A stretch of DNA of 64,000 nucleotides from Sumerlaeia bacterium (lineage in GTDB: Bacteria; Sumerlaeota; Sumerlaeia; SLMS01; JAHLLQ01), in assembly GCA_040219255.1 (NCBI GenBank), contig JAVJSW010000039.1, positions 64,001 through 128,000 of the forward strand, given 5' to 3'. The notes under the pieces were generated by a model that was given only the letters and a program-made list of their open reading frames with translations, was not told where the DNA came from and did not search any database. Shown here in pieces: positions 46,762 through 55,580 of the stretch. Within the stretch, counting starts at the first letter, position 1. Every line of letters begins with the position of its first letter. The position numbers and the translations under genes are program-made.

Positions 46762-47226
46762 TCAATTGCCCGCGAGGCTCGCCTCGGCCCGTCCCGCAGC
46801 GATCATGTCTGCCACGTCGAAGGCGCCGTCGCGGTTGACGTCCGGTTCGCGAGGGGCGTCGAAGGGGGGCTGGTTGGGGTCGGCGAAGAGGAAGGCATCG
46901 ACCGTGGTGGCCTGAAAGGCGGGATCGCCGGGGTGGAGATCGGCGTTGATTTCACTGAGGTTGACCCAGCCATCGCCGTCGGAATCGAGGCCTTCGATGG
47001 GAGAAAAGAGATAGCCGGCGTCCTCAAAGGCCATGCCGAAGAGGTTGCGCGTGCCGCCACCGGTCCATCGGACATGACAGATTCCGCAGCCGACGACGGC
47101 CGGCAGGGTCGTGCCGGGGTATTCGTCCTGGAAGGCGGCGAAGAAGCCGGGGAAAGCGAAGGCGTGGGGACTGACGAGGACCGTCAGGGCGAGGCCCAGG
47201 AACCGGCGGCGGGTCTGGGGGGTCAT
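46762..47226 (-). CDS. Small exported CxxCH (c-type heme) protein with Ca-binding loop and half-dockerin tail
   Basis: TRRRFL leader with AFA cleavage, CGICH, GGGTRNLFG, DSDGDG..N..EI, C-terminal DVNRDGAFDVADM. Confidence 0.72.
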   Translation of the reverse strand: MTPQTRRRFLGLALTVLVSPHAFAFPGFFAAFQDEYPGTTLPAVVGCGICHVRWTGGGTRNLFGMAFEDAGYLFSPIEGLDSDGDGWVNLSEINADLHPGDPAFQATTVDAFLFADPNQPPFDAPREPDVNRDGAFDVADMIAAGRAEASLAGN

Positions 47227-48173
47227 TCGGGGGCGACCTCGTTGGTGGGGTGGCATTCCCAGGCGAGCCATTCGCCGATGGGCAGGCTCTCGGCGATGAC
47301 GAAACCGGCGGATTCGACGGCGCCGCGGACGACGGCTTCTTCGCTGGCGAGGAATCCGGCCAGCAGCAGTGGGCGGCGCAGGCGGGCGAGAGTCGGCAGC
47401 ATCGGCCCGAATTCGTTCGACAGCATGTTGCACGCGATGCAATCGGGCAGGGGTCGCCCCGCCATCATGCAGCCGGTCACCGCCGCGTCGATGGTGGAGC
47501 CCTGAATGTAGTGGGTTTGCTCGTCGCATCCGTTGCGCAAGGCGTTGCCGTAGAAGACGTCGCCGCAACCCTTCTGGCAATCCATCCCGACGGCGTATTC
47601 CATGCCGAGCTTGACGGCGGCGAAGCAGAGCACGCCGGTGCCGGTGCCGATGTCGAGGAGCGAATGGCGACCGTCCTTCACCGCCTTCTCGACGAGGCGC
47701 AGGCAGCCCTGGGTCGACTCGTGGGTGCCGGTGCCAAAGGTGCCGCCGGAATATTCGATGCCGATCGCGATGGCGTCGGCGGGGGCGTCTTCGGGCAGGG
47801 TGGCGGCTTCCTCGGGCGGGCCGACATAGACGCGGCGGGTGGCCTGGATCAGGTGGTAGTACGGCCGGAAGCCGGCGCTCCAGTCCTGATCGTGGAGCCA
47901 GTGGCCGTGGATTTCGGCGCGCTTGGCGGGAAACATCGCCAGCGCCAGGTCGCGCAGAGCCTGGGCTTGGCGGGGCTCATGATCTTCGAAGGCGAGGGGC
48001 ACGGCGGCGAAGAAAAACTTGCCGACGCAGGGGTCGTCGGGGTGTTCCTCGATGCCTAGCGCCTCGCATTCGCCCATGGCGCGGTCACAGAACAGCTCCC
48101 ACTCGCTGGGCGAGAGGAACTCGGGGAACTGGACGTGGACGGTGGGCCATTGGATGGGGGCGTCGGAGGTCAT
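47223..48173 (-). CDS. prmA: Ribosomal protein L11 methyltransferase-like protein
   Basis: DQDW, FGTGTHEST..CL, LLDIGTGTGVL, IACN, LAGFL, EW. Confidence 0.75.
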   Translation of the reverse strand: MTSDAPIQWPTVHVQFPEFLSPSEWELFCDRAMGECEALGIEEHPDDPCVGKFFFAAVPLAFEDHEPRQAQALRDLALAMFPAKRAEIHGHWLHDQDWSAGFRPYYHLIQATRRVYVGPPEEAATLPEDAPADAIAIGIEYSGGTFGTGTHESTQGCLRLVEKAVKDGRHSLLDIGTGTGVLCFAAVKLGMEYAVGMDCQKGCGDVFYGNALRNGCDEQTHYIQGSTIDAAVTGCMMAGRPLPDCIACNMLSNEFGPMLPTLARLRRPLLLAGFLASEEAVVRGAVESAGFVIAESLPIGEWLAWECHPTNEVAPE

Positions 48174-48276
48174 GGGAGCAGAGCGGCCTTTCGCAGAGGA
48201 AGCAGGTCCGTATTGAAAGACTTGCCGCCCCTGATCCGCAACGGAAAGCGGGGCCGCCACAAGCCTCCTTAAGACT

Positions 48277-48402
48277 CCTCAACCAGTAGAGAATCACAAA
48301 GGACAGAGTTTTCACAGAGGATCTCATCGAACGCGATGAGCTGCGCACAATAAGATCAATTAATCCAAAATTCTCTGTGCCCTCTGTGACTCTGTGATGA
48401 TT
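48277..48402 (-). repeat. CACAGAG-armed miniature inverted-repeat element, copy 2
   Basis: Minus strand reads AATCATCACAGAGTCACAGAGGGCACAGAGA...CCTCTGTGAAAACTCTGTCCTTTGTGATTCTCTACTGGTTGAGG, matching the arms of copy 1. Confidence 0.75.
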
Positions 48403-48418
48403 AACTCGCGAAGAAAAA

Positions 48419-49357
48419 CTACACTTTCTTCCGCGCGAACGCATACCGTGGCTTGCCCGCGAGATCGCGGTCCATGTGGGCGGATTCGAAGCAGCCGGCC
48501 AGGCGGAAAACTTCCACGATGCCGGGCTCCTGGTCCTCGCCCAGTTCCATGACGAGGCAGCCGCCGGGGACGAGGTGTTTTTTAGCGAGGTGGACGATCT
48601 GGCGGGCGATGTCGAGGCCGTCGTCTCCCCCGCCGTCGAGGGCTGCCATGGGGTCGTGGACGCGGACTTCGGGCGGCAGGCCGGGGATTTGGGAGGCGGG
48701 GATGTAGGGCGGGTTCGAGACGATGAGGTGGAGCGAGCCTTCGAAGCCGGCCAGGAGGGGGCCTTCGCGGAATTCGATGCGCGATTCGACGTCGTGCTTG
48801 GCGGCGTTGCGGCGGGCGGTAGCCAGGGCCTTTGGGTCTACATCGGAGGCGATGTAGTGGGGGGCGCCGTTTTCCGCCGCCATGGTGACGACGATGCAGC
48901 CGCTTCCGGTGCCGATTTCGAAGACGTAGGGGGCGTTGCCGGTTTCGGGTTGGAGAGCCTTCTCCGAGGACAGGAGGTCGAGGGCGCGCTCGACGAGTCC
49001 CTCGGTTTCGGGCCGGGGGACGAAGGCGTTTTCGAGGAGGAAGTCGCGGCTGTAGAATTCCTTTTTGCCGAGCAGGCGGGCCACCGGGATTCGATCCTGA
49101 GCGCGTTGGCGTATGAGTTCGCGGTAGGCGGCCAACTCCAGTTCGATGAGCGGTTTTTTCCAATCCATGTAAAGCCGCAGGCGGTCGCAGCCGAGCACCT
49201 TGCCGAGGAGCAGTTCGGCGTCGAGGCGGGGGCTGTCTGCGCCGTGCCTGGTGAGGTACTGCGCGGACTTGGCGATGACATCGCCGATGGTCAATGGAGC
49301 GGTGGGTTTCACGGGGGGGAGGCGCAGACTCCGGAGGTGCGGGAAGTGGGCGGACAT
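48419..49357 (-). CDS. prmC: Peptide chain release factor N5-glutamine methyltransferase
   Basis: SPRLDAELLL, FVPRPETE, EIGTGSGC, SNPPY, ALDGG.DGL, DLAG..R. Confidence 0.93.
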   Translation of the reverse strand: MSAHFPHLRSLRLPPVKPTAPLTIGDVIAKSAQYLTRHGADSPRLDAELLLGKVLGCDRLRLYMDWKKPLIELELAAYRELIRQRAQDRIPVARLLGKKEFYSRDFLLENAFVPRPETEGLVERALDLLSSEKALQPETGNAPYVFEIGTGSGCIVVTMAAENGAPHYIASDVDPKALATARRNAAKHDVESRIEFREGPLLAGFEGSLHLIVSNPPYIPASQIPGLPPEVRVHDPMAALDGGGDDGLDIARQIVHLAKKHLVPGGCLVMELGEDQEPGIVEVFRLAGCFESAHMDRDLAGKPRYAFARKKV

Positions 49358-49562
49358 AGGGCGGCCCTCCGTGGGGAGATTGTTACCCGGGCGCGTCCGC
49401 TGCGTTCAGGGAGGGCGGAGGGGGCCGGGGGGTCAAGCCATTTCGCATGACCTTCGCCACTATCGCCGCTTTTCTTTCGCTTTTGCAAGGAAAATCGTCC
49501 AGGAAACGTAAGTTCCCGGGCGACAAGGGTTCGATGAAGATTGGGACGGGTTGGGGTCCGGC

Positions 49563-52500
49563 CTACTCGCGGACGACCAAGAGGTCGCCGGCGTCGCAGA
49601 CCCCGTCGCCGTTGCGGTCTGGCAGGGTGGCGTCCGGCACCTGGGTTCCATTGAGCCAGTCGGCGACTTCCTCGCGGGCGAAGAGGAAGGCCTGCGAAGC
49701 GGTCTGGAAGGTCCAGACAGGGCCTTCGGTCTCGCCCCAGAGATTCTGGGCCCGCATGCGCCAGGAGTAGGCGGTGGCGGGTTGGAGGGGAGCGGGCAGT
49801 TCCTTGAAGGGGAAGGCGCTGCCGAGGAGGATGGGCGAGGTGGGCTCGTCCTCCGCGCTGGGCCAGAGGGTGATGGAGTAGGTCTGGGCGCCTTCGGTGG
49901 CCCCGCCGGAGAGCAAGACGTTGCGATAGTCGAGGAGTTGCTGGCCATCGGGGGGCGTGGGGCCATAGGGCTCGCCCGGGGGCAGATCGGCCAGGACGTT
50001 GCGCCAGGGGCCGTCGTTGGGCGGGTCGGAGGTGCTGATGGCGGTGTTGGTGTCGAAAACGATCAGGGCTTCGTTGACGAGTTCGGTGCCGAGCGGCAGC
50101 GTGCCGAGCGGTGTCAGGCGGAAGGAGACGAAGCCTTCGCCCGATCCGTTGCCGTCGTTGGGAGGCAGGAAACCATCGATGGGGGGCAGTTCACCGGTCG
50201 CCTGCTCCAGGGTGGTGAAGCTCCAGAAGAGTTCGCCGTGGTCGCCCGAGTCGAGGAGTTGGGCTTCGACGATGACCTCCATGCCATTGCCGATGGGGAT
50301 GACTTCGCGGGCGCCTTCTCCGAACGCATAGATCGTGTTGCTCCAGCCAAAGCCGTCGAAGTGGAGGGAGTTTTCTTCGATGGGGAACTGGAGGAGATCG
50401 GAGATGGTGACGATCTGGGCGTCGGCGGTGGCGGTGGAGACGTTTTCGAATTTGATGTCGTAGCGCATTTCGCCGGGCAGGATGAAGCGCTGCTCGCCGC
50501 GGCCTTCGGGCCCGAGCTTTTCGTTGGGGTCCATGGAGCCGATGACGCGCACGCTCTTGCGGGCCATGGTGCGCTGGACGCTGGTGCTGGGGCTCGATCC
50601 CACCCCGTGATCCATGCGGACTTCGATGGTGACGGTCTGGGGGGTTCGGGGGGATTGAAGGGTGAAGGCGTAGTTGCGCGAACCGGGGGGGAAGTTATCG
50701 ACGCCGAATCCGAAGGGGAAGGTGGTGCCGTCGGAGGTCGTGTACTTGACCTGGAAGAGGGCGCCGGCCATGGGGCAACTGGTGGGATTGGTGAGGGTGA
50801 TATTGCAGTCGAAGCTTCGGCTGACGCGGACCGTGGAGGGCGCATTGAACTGGACGACATAGATCCGGCGGTCGGGCCGGCGATAGAAGCCCGAGGAATG
50901 GGAGGTGCCATTGGGATGGACGGTGACGGTCTTGGAGGCGGGGGCGGTCCAGCAGTTAATGGAGCGGAATTGCACGGTGGCCTGGCCGGCGGGTACGCCG
51001 GAGACTTCGCCACTCCCGGTGATCCAGCCGCTGTTGCCCACGCGGAAGGCAGCGCCATCAGAGACGGCCCCGGGCGGGTCGATCCGCACGTAGACCGAGC
51101 CCGTTGCCTGAGGCGTCGGCGTCACGGTCGGCGTGATCGTTGGCGTGACGGTGGGGGTAATCGTCGGCGTTATGGTCGGTGTAACCGTTGGCGTGATTGT
51201 CGGGGTGATGGTGGGAGTGATCGTCGGAGTGATGGTTGGGGTGATGGTCGGCGTGATGGTGGGTGTGATCGTGGGTGTGATCGTGGGGGTGATGGTCGGC
51301 GTGATCGTCGGAGTCACCGTCGAAGTCACGGTCGGGGTGATCGTCGGCGTCACGGTCGGTGTGATGGTCGGTGTAATCGTGGGAGTGATCGTCGGGGTGA
51401 TCGTCGGGGTGATCGTAGGCGTGATCGTGGCGGTGATCGTCGGCGTAATCGTCGGAGGAACGGTCGGTGTGACGGTCGGGGTCGGGGCGGTTCCTTCGAA
51501 GGCGGAGAGCACATAGCGGCCCTCGTCCTGGGTGCGGGCGCCGTGGACCAGGATGCGGTAGGTGCCGGTCTTGTTGAGGGCCACGTCGCTGACGAAGAGG
51601 ACATCGCCGTCGGCGCTCGCTTCCCTGCTGAGGACCTTTGTGCCGTCTGGATCGTAGAGCGCCAGAGCCCCGCGGGGCAGCGAGGGAGTCTGAACGAAAT
51701 CGGGTTCGAGCACCAGGTTGACGGCGGTGCGCGAGGTCACCTCCAGGGTCCACTGATCCACCTCGCCGCGGGTGGCGATGCTTGCTTCCGAGGGCGTTTC
51801 CCAGGGCAGGGTGCCTTCGCCGTCGAGAAGGAGCACGGGAGCGAGGCGGGGCGAACTGAGGCGCCGCTGGCCGTCCACGAGGCGAACCCAGACGGCCTTC
51901 GGGCCGGGCTCGGGATCGGTCAGGGAAAAAGCGCCAAAGCCGGGCATGGGATGGCGCACAAGAGTGGCGAAGCCGTCTTCGCTCAGTTCGAAGAAGGCCG
52001 CTTCGCCGCAGGCGTCGGTCACGCGGATTTTCAGATTCGGCGTGTCGGAATAAGTCGGCGCGTCCTCGAACACATAAGCCGAGTCGTTTCCGGCTTCGAT
52101 GGTTTCGATGTAGGGTCCCTTATTCGGCTCGCAACTGTCCGGTTTCCAGTTCCGGTTACAGTCCGCCGCGCCCGCCAGGACGTCGTCGTCATCGGGAACG
52201 CCGTTGCCGTTGCAGTCGGCGGGTTGCTGGAAAATGGCGGCCAGTCCCCAGAAAGCGCCGCCGGGGGCCTCGGAGGGATTGCTCCTTGGGACCGGGGCGG
52301 TGTTCAGCAGGGCGACGGTATCGCCGAAGAAAGCGGCCGGTGCCGAGCCGGTGGGGACGGGCGCGGTGTTGAGCACGGCCGACATGTCGCCGAAGTAGGC
52401 GCGCGGGATGCTCGTCTGTGGCACGGGGGCGGTGTTCAGCAAGGCGGACATGTCCCCGAAGTAGGCGCGGGGGATGGCGCTCTGGGGCACGGGGGCGGTG

Positions 52501-52847
52501 TTCAGGAGGGCGGACATATCGCCGAAGTAGGCGCGGGGGATGCTGGTCTGGGGCGGTGGCTGGATGTTGAGGAGGCTGCTCATATCGCCAAAGATGGCGC
52601 GAGGGGCGCCGGCGAAGCTGGGGATGCTGGCGGGATTGGAAGGGACGGAATTCTTTTCCACCTCCTCGCCGTCGAGCCAGCCATCGCCGTCCGTATCGGG
52701 GTTGTCCGGATCGCATTGATACGTGGCTTCCTGATCGTCGGGCAGCAGGTCACGGTCGCGGTCGGCCGCTGAGGCCAGAGCCGGGGGGAGAACCCACGGG
52801 GCCAGAAGCAAGAGGATGACTGCAAAACGGCGATGTCGCTTGGCCAT
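49563..52847 (-). CDS. Large secreted modular protein: Ca-binding repeats, 22-aa tandem repeats, PPC-like domain, (TPTI)n stalk, 'DPNEK' domain, FN3-like domain, half-dockerin
   Basis: Signal peptide; DTDGDG.LDGEE and DCNGNGVPD motifs; SMDPNEKLGP...YDIKFEN...GFLPPN...GEGFVSF; GPVWTFQT; C-terminal DRNGDGVCDAGDLL. Confidence 0.8.
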   Translation of the reverse strand: MAKRHRRFAVILLLLAPWVLPPALASAADRDRDLLPDDQEATYQCDPDNPDTDGDGWLDGEEVEKNSVPSNPASIPSFAGAPRAIFGDMSSLLNIQPPPQTSIPRAYFGDMSALLNTAPVPQSAIPRAYFGDMSALLNTAPVPQTSIPRAYFGDMSAVLNTAPVPTGSAPAAFFGDTVALLNTAPVPRSNPSEAPGGAFWGLAAIFQQPADCNGNGVPDDDDVLAGAADCNRNWKPDSCEPNKGPYIETIEAGNDSAYVFEDAPTYSDTPNLKIRVTDACGEAAFFELSEDGFATLVRHPMPGFGAFSLTDPEPGPKAVWVRLVDGQRRLSSPRLAPVLLLDGEGTLPWETPSEASIATRGEVDQWTLEVTSRTAVNLVLEPDFVQTPSLPRGALALYDPDGTKVLSREASADGDVLFVSDVALNKTGTYRILVHGARTQDEGRYVLSAFEGTAPTPTVTPTVPPTITPTITATITPTITPTITPTITPTITPTITPTVTPTITPTVTSTVTPTITPTITPTITPTITPTITPTITPTITPTITPTITPTITPTVTPTITPTITPTVTPTITPTVTPTPQATGSVYVRIDPPGAVSDGAAFRVGNSGWITGSGEVSGVPAGQATVQFRSINCWTAPASKTVTVHPNGTSHSSGFYRRPDRRIYVVQFNAPSTVRVSRSFDCNITLTNPTSCPMAGALFQVKYTTSDGTTFPFGFGVDNFPPGSRNYAFTLQSPRTPQTVTIEVRMDHGVGSSPSTSVQRTMARKSVRVIGSMDPNEKLGPEGRGEQRFILPGEMRYDIKFENVSTATADAQIVTISDLLQFPIEENSLHFDGFGWSNTIYAFGEGAREVIPIGNGMEVIVEAQLLDSGDHGELFWSFTTLEQATGELPPIDGFLPPNDGNGSGEGFVSFRLTPLGTLPLGTELVNEALIVFDTNTAISTSDPPNDGPWRNVLADLPPGEPYGPTPPDGQQLLDYRNVLLSGGATEGAQTYSITLWPSAEDEPTSPILLGSAFPFKELPAPLQPATAYSWRMRAQNLWGETEGPVWTFQTASQAFLFAREEVADWLNGTQVPDATLPDRNGDGVCDAGDLLVVRE
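51113..51490 (-). repeat. Intragenic 12-bp tandem repeat encoding about 30 TPT[I/V] units
   Basis: Degenerate 12-mers such as GGCGTGATCGTC on the plus strand; the translation is TPTI/TPTV. Confidence 0.95.
52288..52617 (-). repeat. Intragenic 66-bp tandem repeat (5 copies of xxxIPRAYFGDMSALLNTAPVP)
   Basis: Directly visible in the protein and in DNA (CCGAAGTAGGCGCG recurring every 66 nt). Confidence 0.9.
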
Positions 52848-52942
52848 GGTTCCGCCCTCATTGGCTGCCGAAGGAGCCGCGTCTCCGCAGCCCGTCAAAG
52901 TGTTGCTGGGTCAGATTGCGCTCTGCGGGACGGCACGGGCCG

Positions 52943-54121
52943 TTACTGGGTCCACTGGGCGTAGATGAAACCCCGGCTCCAGCCGTTGGGGACCTTGCGG
53001 GTTCCCGTCGCCATCGACGAGGCGACCGATCCCTCGAGCGGGGCGGTGTCGAAGGTCAGGACCTGCTCCGTCTCGTTCCAGAGGAAGATCGTCACCTTGG
53101 TGCCGAGCGGAATGCCGGAGGCTTCGACCTCGAAGGTCACGGTCTGATCGGTGTTGATTTCCACATCGGGAGGCATGACGAACAGGCCCGAGGGCGTCCC
53201 GGGCACGGCGACGCCATTGATGCGGACGAGGCGGGCCTTGGCCACGCCGCCTTGCGGAAGGATCGTGGTGGCCGTGGGAGCCAGGGTAACGCGGCGGATG
53301 TTCGTTCCGGCGTCGATCGTGCCGCTGAAGTTGTCGTTGGTTGCTTCCAGGCGGATGTAGCCGTACCAACCGTTTTTGTTGCGCCCGCAGTCAAGTCTTC
53401 CATCGCCACCGATTGTCGGGGCCAGGAGTCGAATCGCGCCGGAAGTCCCGTCCTGGTATCCGAGTCCAAAGCGCGCCGAAACGATCCCGGTCACCGTGAT
53501 TGCGGTGTTGCTTGCCAGAAGAAGAGCGCCGCCGCCGGCTCCTCCTCCCTGTCCATTGTCATTTGTGACGCCATAGTTTATGGGGCCATCCCCACGATTG
53601 CCATTCCCGCCACGAAGGGGCTGACAGAAGACATTGCCTGACCCCGAGCCAAACCCATGTGCGCCGTCCAAACCGGAGGATTTCACACAACCCCATCCCC
53701 CAGGGAATCCGCCCGGTCCGGGGATGGAGGGGACGTGTTCCTGAATCGGCGCGCCGGCGGGATGACCGGCTTCGCCGTCGAGGTCCAGCTTGCCGGCGAT
53801 CGTCACGTTGCCGGTGCAAAGCCAATGAAGCGGCACCCAACCGACCTCGGGGGCGCGGATTTTGACGGTGACGTTCGCCGGGATGTTGACCGTCGTGAAG
53901 TGATAGACGCCGTCGCCGTCGGGGTCGAGGGGCGGATTGAAGGTCTTGGGATCGAAGACGTGGGTAACGGGTGTGGCGCTGGCGGGGAAGGAAAGGGCGC
54001 CGTCGGAGCCGGTGGAGCCACAATTGAAGGTTTGGGCCCCGGCCAGCGTGGCGCCCAGGAGGGACACCGACAGCAGCGGCAGAAGGGCGCGGAGGGTGAG
54101 ATGACGGAGGGCTGAAAACAT
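52943..54121 (-). CDS. Secreted glycine-rich beta-solenoid-like protein
   Basis: Signal peptide ending LAGA|Q; GSTGSDGAL, GVYHFTTVNIP..VTV, GPGGFPGG, GGGAGGGALLLAS...I.V.G...A, GTSGAIRL. Confidence 0.7.
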   Translation of the reverse strand: MFSALRHLTLRALLPLLSVSLLGATLAGAQTFNCGSTGSDGALSFPASATPVTHVFDPKTFNPPLDPDGDGVYHFTTVNIPANVTVKIRAPEVGWVPLHWLCTGNVTIAGKLDLDGEAGHPAGAPIQEHVPSIPGPGGFPGGWGCVKSSGLDGAHGFGSGSGNVFCQPLRGGNGNRGDGPINYGVTNDNGQGGGAGGGALLLASNTAITVTGIVSARFGLGYQDGTSGAIRLLAPTIGGDGRLDCGRNKNGWYGYIRLEATNDNFSGTIDAGTNIRRVTLAPTATTILPQGGVAKARLVRINGVAVPGTPSGLFVMPPDVEINTDQTVTFEVEASGIPLGTKVTIFLWNETEQVLTFDTAPLEGSVASSMATGTRKVPNGWSRGFIYAQWTQ

Positions 54122-54381
54122 GGGGCGATGACTCCTCTGGCGATGAAGAAAGGGTGTGGGCGCCATTCCCGCTCGCTCCTGAGGAGCCCGGCCCCGCCGC
54201 CCGGCGGGTCGGGTCGGGGGGGTGGATGCGGGCGCCCAACACACACATTTCAGGCAAAATTTATCCGATTCGTCCGAAGGGCAACAAAAAATTTGTACTC
54301 CGACCCTACTTATGCGAATCATTGTTCGCTCAGCTTAGGCTTTGGCGGTGAGTTTGGAGCAAGGGGTAGGGAGGGGATTGG

Positions 54382-54411
54382 AAAAGGCTCCCGGAGAACC
54401 GGGAGCCTTTT
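54382..54411 (-). terminator. Rho-independent terminator after tRNA-Ala
   Basis: AAAAGGCTCCCGG-(4-nt loop)-CCGGGAGCCTTTT perfect hairpin, 13 nt beyond the CCA end. Confidence 0.85.
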
Positions 54412-54424
54412 GGGAGGAGGAGGG

Positions 54425-54500
54425 TGGTGGAGCATACCAGAGTCGAACTGGTGACCTCTGCAATGCCATTGCAGCGCTCTACCAGCTGAGCTAATGCCCC
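54425..54500 (-). tRNA. tRNA-Ala(GGC)
   Basis: GGGGCATTAGCTCAGCTGGTAGAGCGCTGCAATGGCATTGCAGAGGTCACCAGTTCGACTCTGGTATGCTCCACCA; G3:U70 identity pair, A32/U38, encoded CCA. Confidence 0.97.
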
Positions 54501-54674
54501 ACACGTTGCTGGTGATCCCGGCGGCGTGGTCACGACCGCGCGGGAGGGATGAGAAAGCGCATTTGACCCTCGGCTGTCAAGCGTGAAACGACAGGGTCGG
54601 CGGGTTCTTGGAGACGACCTCTCGGTTCCGCGCGCAAAGAGACTTCAAATCCTTGAAAATGGGAGAGTTATACA

Positions 54675-55562
54675 ATGCCAAGTTACTTGCACTACTGGTC
54701 TCAAGAGACCGTCCAGCGGAGAGCCTCCGACGACGCGATCGTGGAGTTTTGCTGTGGCACTGGGCTCGACGAGGCCAAGCCGGGCGATACCCTGTTCATC
54801 GTGACTGTGGAAGAAGGGGAATTGGTGCTCGTCAATCAATTCGACGTGGACGAGATCGTTTCGCCCAAGGAGGCGGCGAAGCGGTTTGGCAAGCAGGCGG
54901 GATCGATGCCCCACTGCCTGGCCTGCGAACCGGAGAACGCCGACTTGCTGGATGCGGTGGAGATCGAAGAGATCGCGGGCGATCTGCGGATTGTCGGCAA
55001 GAACGGGGCGGAAGCGCCGCTCGCGCGGACACCCTCCGGGGCCGTCGATTCGAAGCAGTTCAAGAGTTCCCTGCTCGAGCTGACGGAGGAGAGCGCGGAG
55101 CTTCTCCGCGAGAAGTGGGATCTGCCCATGCCCGACCCCGAGGAGGTGATGGGGGAACTCTCGCAGTACGACGAGTCGGGCGAGACGGCATTTTTCACAA
55201 TGCCGGAACATTCCGAGATGCTCCAGCTCCTCGCCCTGAAGTTCGCCACCATGGTTTTGGAGGCTGAGGGATGGCGTTGCAAGGTGACGCCCGAGGACGA
55301 GGGAGCGCATTTGCTGGAGTGCAAGAAGCGCCAGGAGACGCGGCGGTATCTGGTGTGCGCCGTTTCTCCGGAAACGTCGAGCGTCGTATTATCCGATGAG
55401 AAGCGGCGCTTCCTGACGGAGGATAAGAAGGCTTACCTGGCGATCGTGCGGGGCGTGACACGGCCAAACCCGGAGTGGTTCGAATTCACCGGTGCCCAGG
55501 CGGCGGAAAGCTTTCAGTTCGAGCCGATGGTTTGGCAGGCGACGATGCCGGAGCTGGGATAG
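54675..55562 (+). CDS. Hypothetical protein: PUA-like N-terminal domain + degenerate DUF3883 (PD-(D/E)xK-like) domain
   Basis: LHYW...AKPGDTLFIVTV..G.L.L N-terminus; A...LEAEGW...(GAHLLEC)K.....YLVC....VVLS..K...YLAIV C-terminus follows the DUF3883 layout. Confidence 0.55.
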   Translation: MPSYLHYWSQETVQRRASDDAIVEFCCGTGLDEAKPGDTLFIVTVEEGELVLVNQFDVDEIVSPKEAAKRFGKQAGSMPHCLACEPENADLLDAVEIEEIAGDLRIVGKNGAEAPLARTPSGAVDSKQFKSSLLELTEESAELLREKWDLPMPDPEEVMGELSQYDESGETAFFTMPEHSEMLQLLALKFATMVLEAEGWRCKVTPEDEGAHLLECKKRQETRRYLVCAVSPETSSVVLSDEKRRFLTEDKKAYLAIVRGVTRPNPEWFEFTGAQAAESFQFEPMVWQATMPELG

Positions 55563-55580
55563 GCCAGAGCCTCTGGGGGA

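Noticed and set aside
51113-52617. Periodic DNA as a possible CRISPR array
   Set aside because: Periods of 12 and 66 nt are in frame, vary at codon third positions and have no unique spacers; no cas genes are present.
49551-52772. 1073-aa + strand ORF and the (VGVI)n ORF 51133-51516
   Set aside because: Antisense readings of the secreted protein and its TPTI repeat.
54425-54500. Prophage or ICE integrated at tRNA-Ala
   Set aside because: No integrase, phage or conjugation genes, and no duplicated tRNA 3' end was seen.
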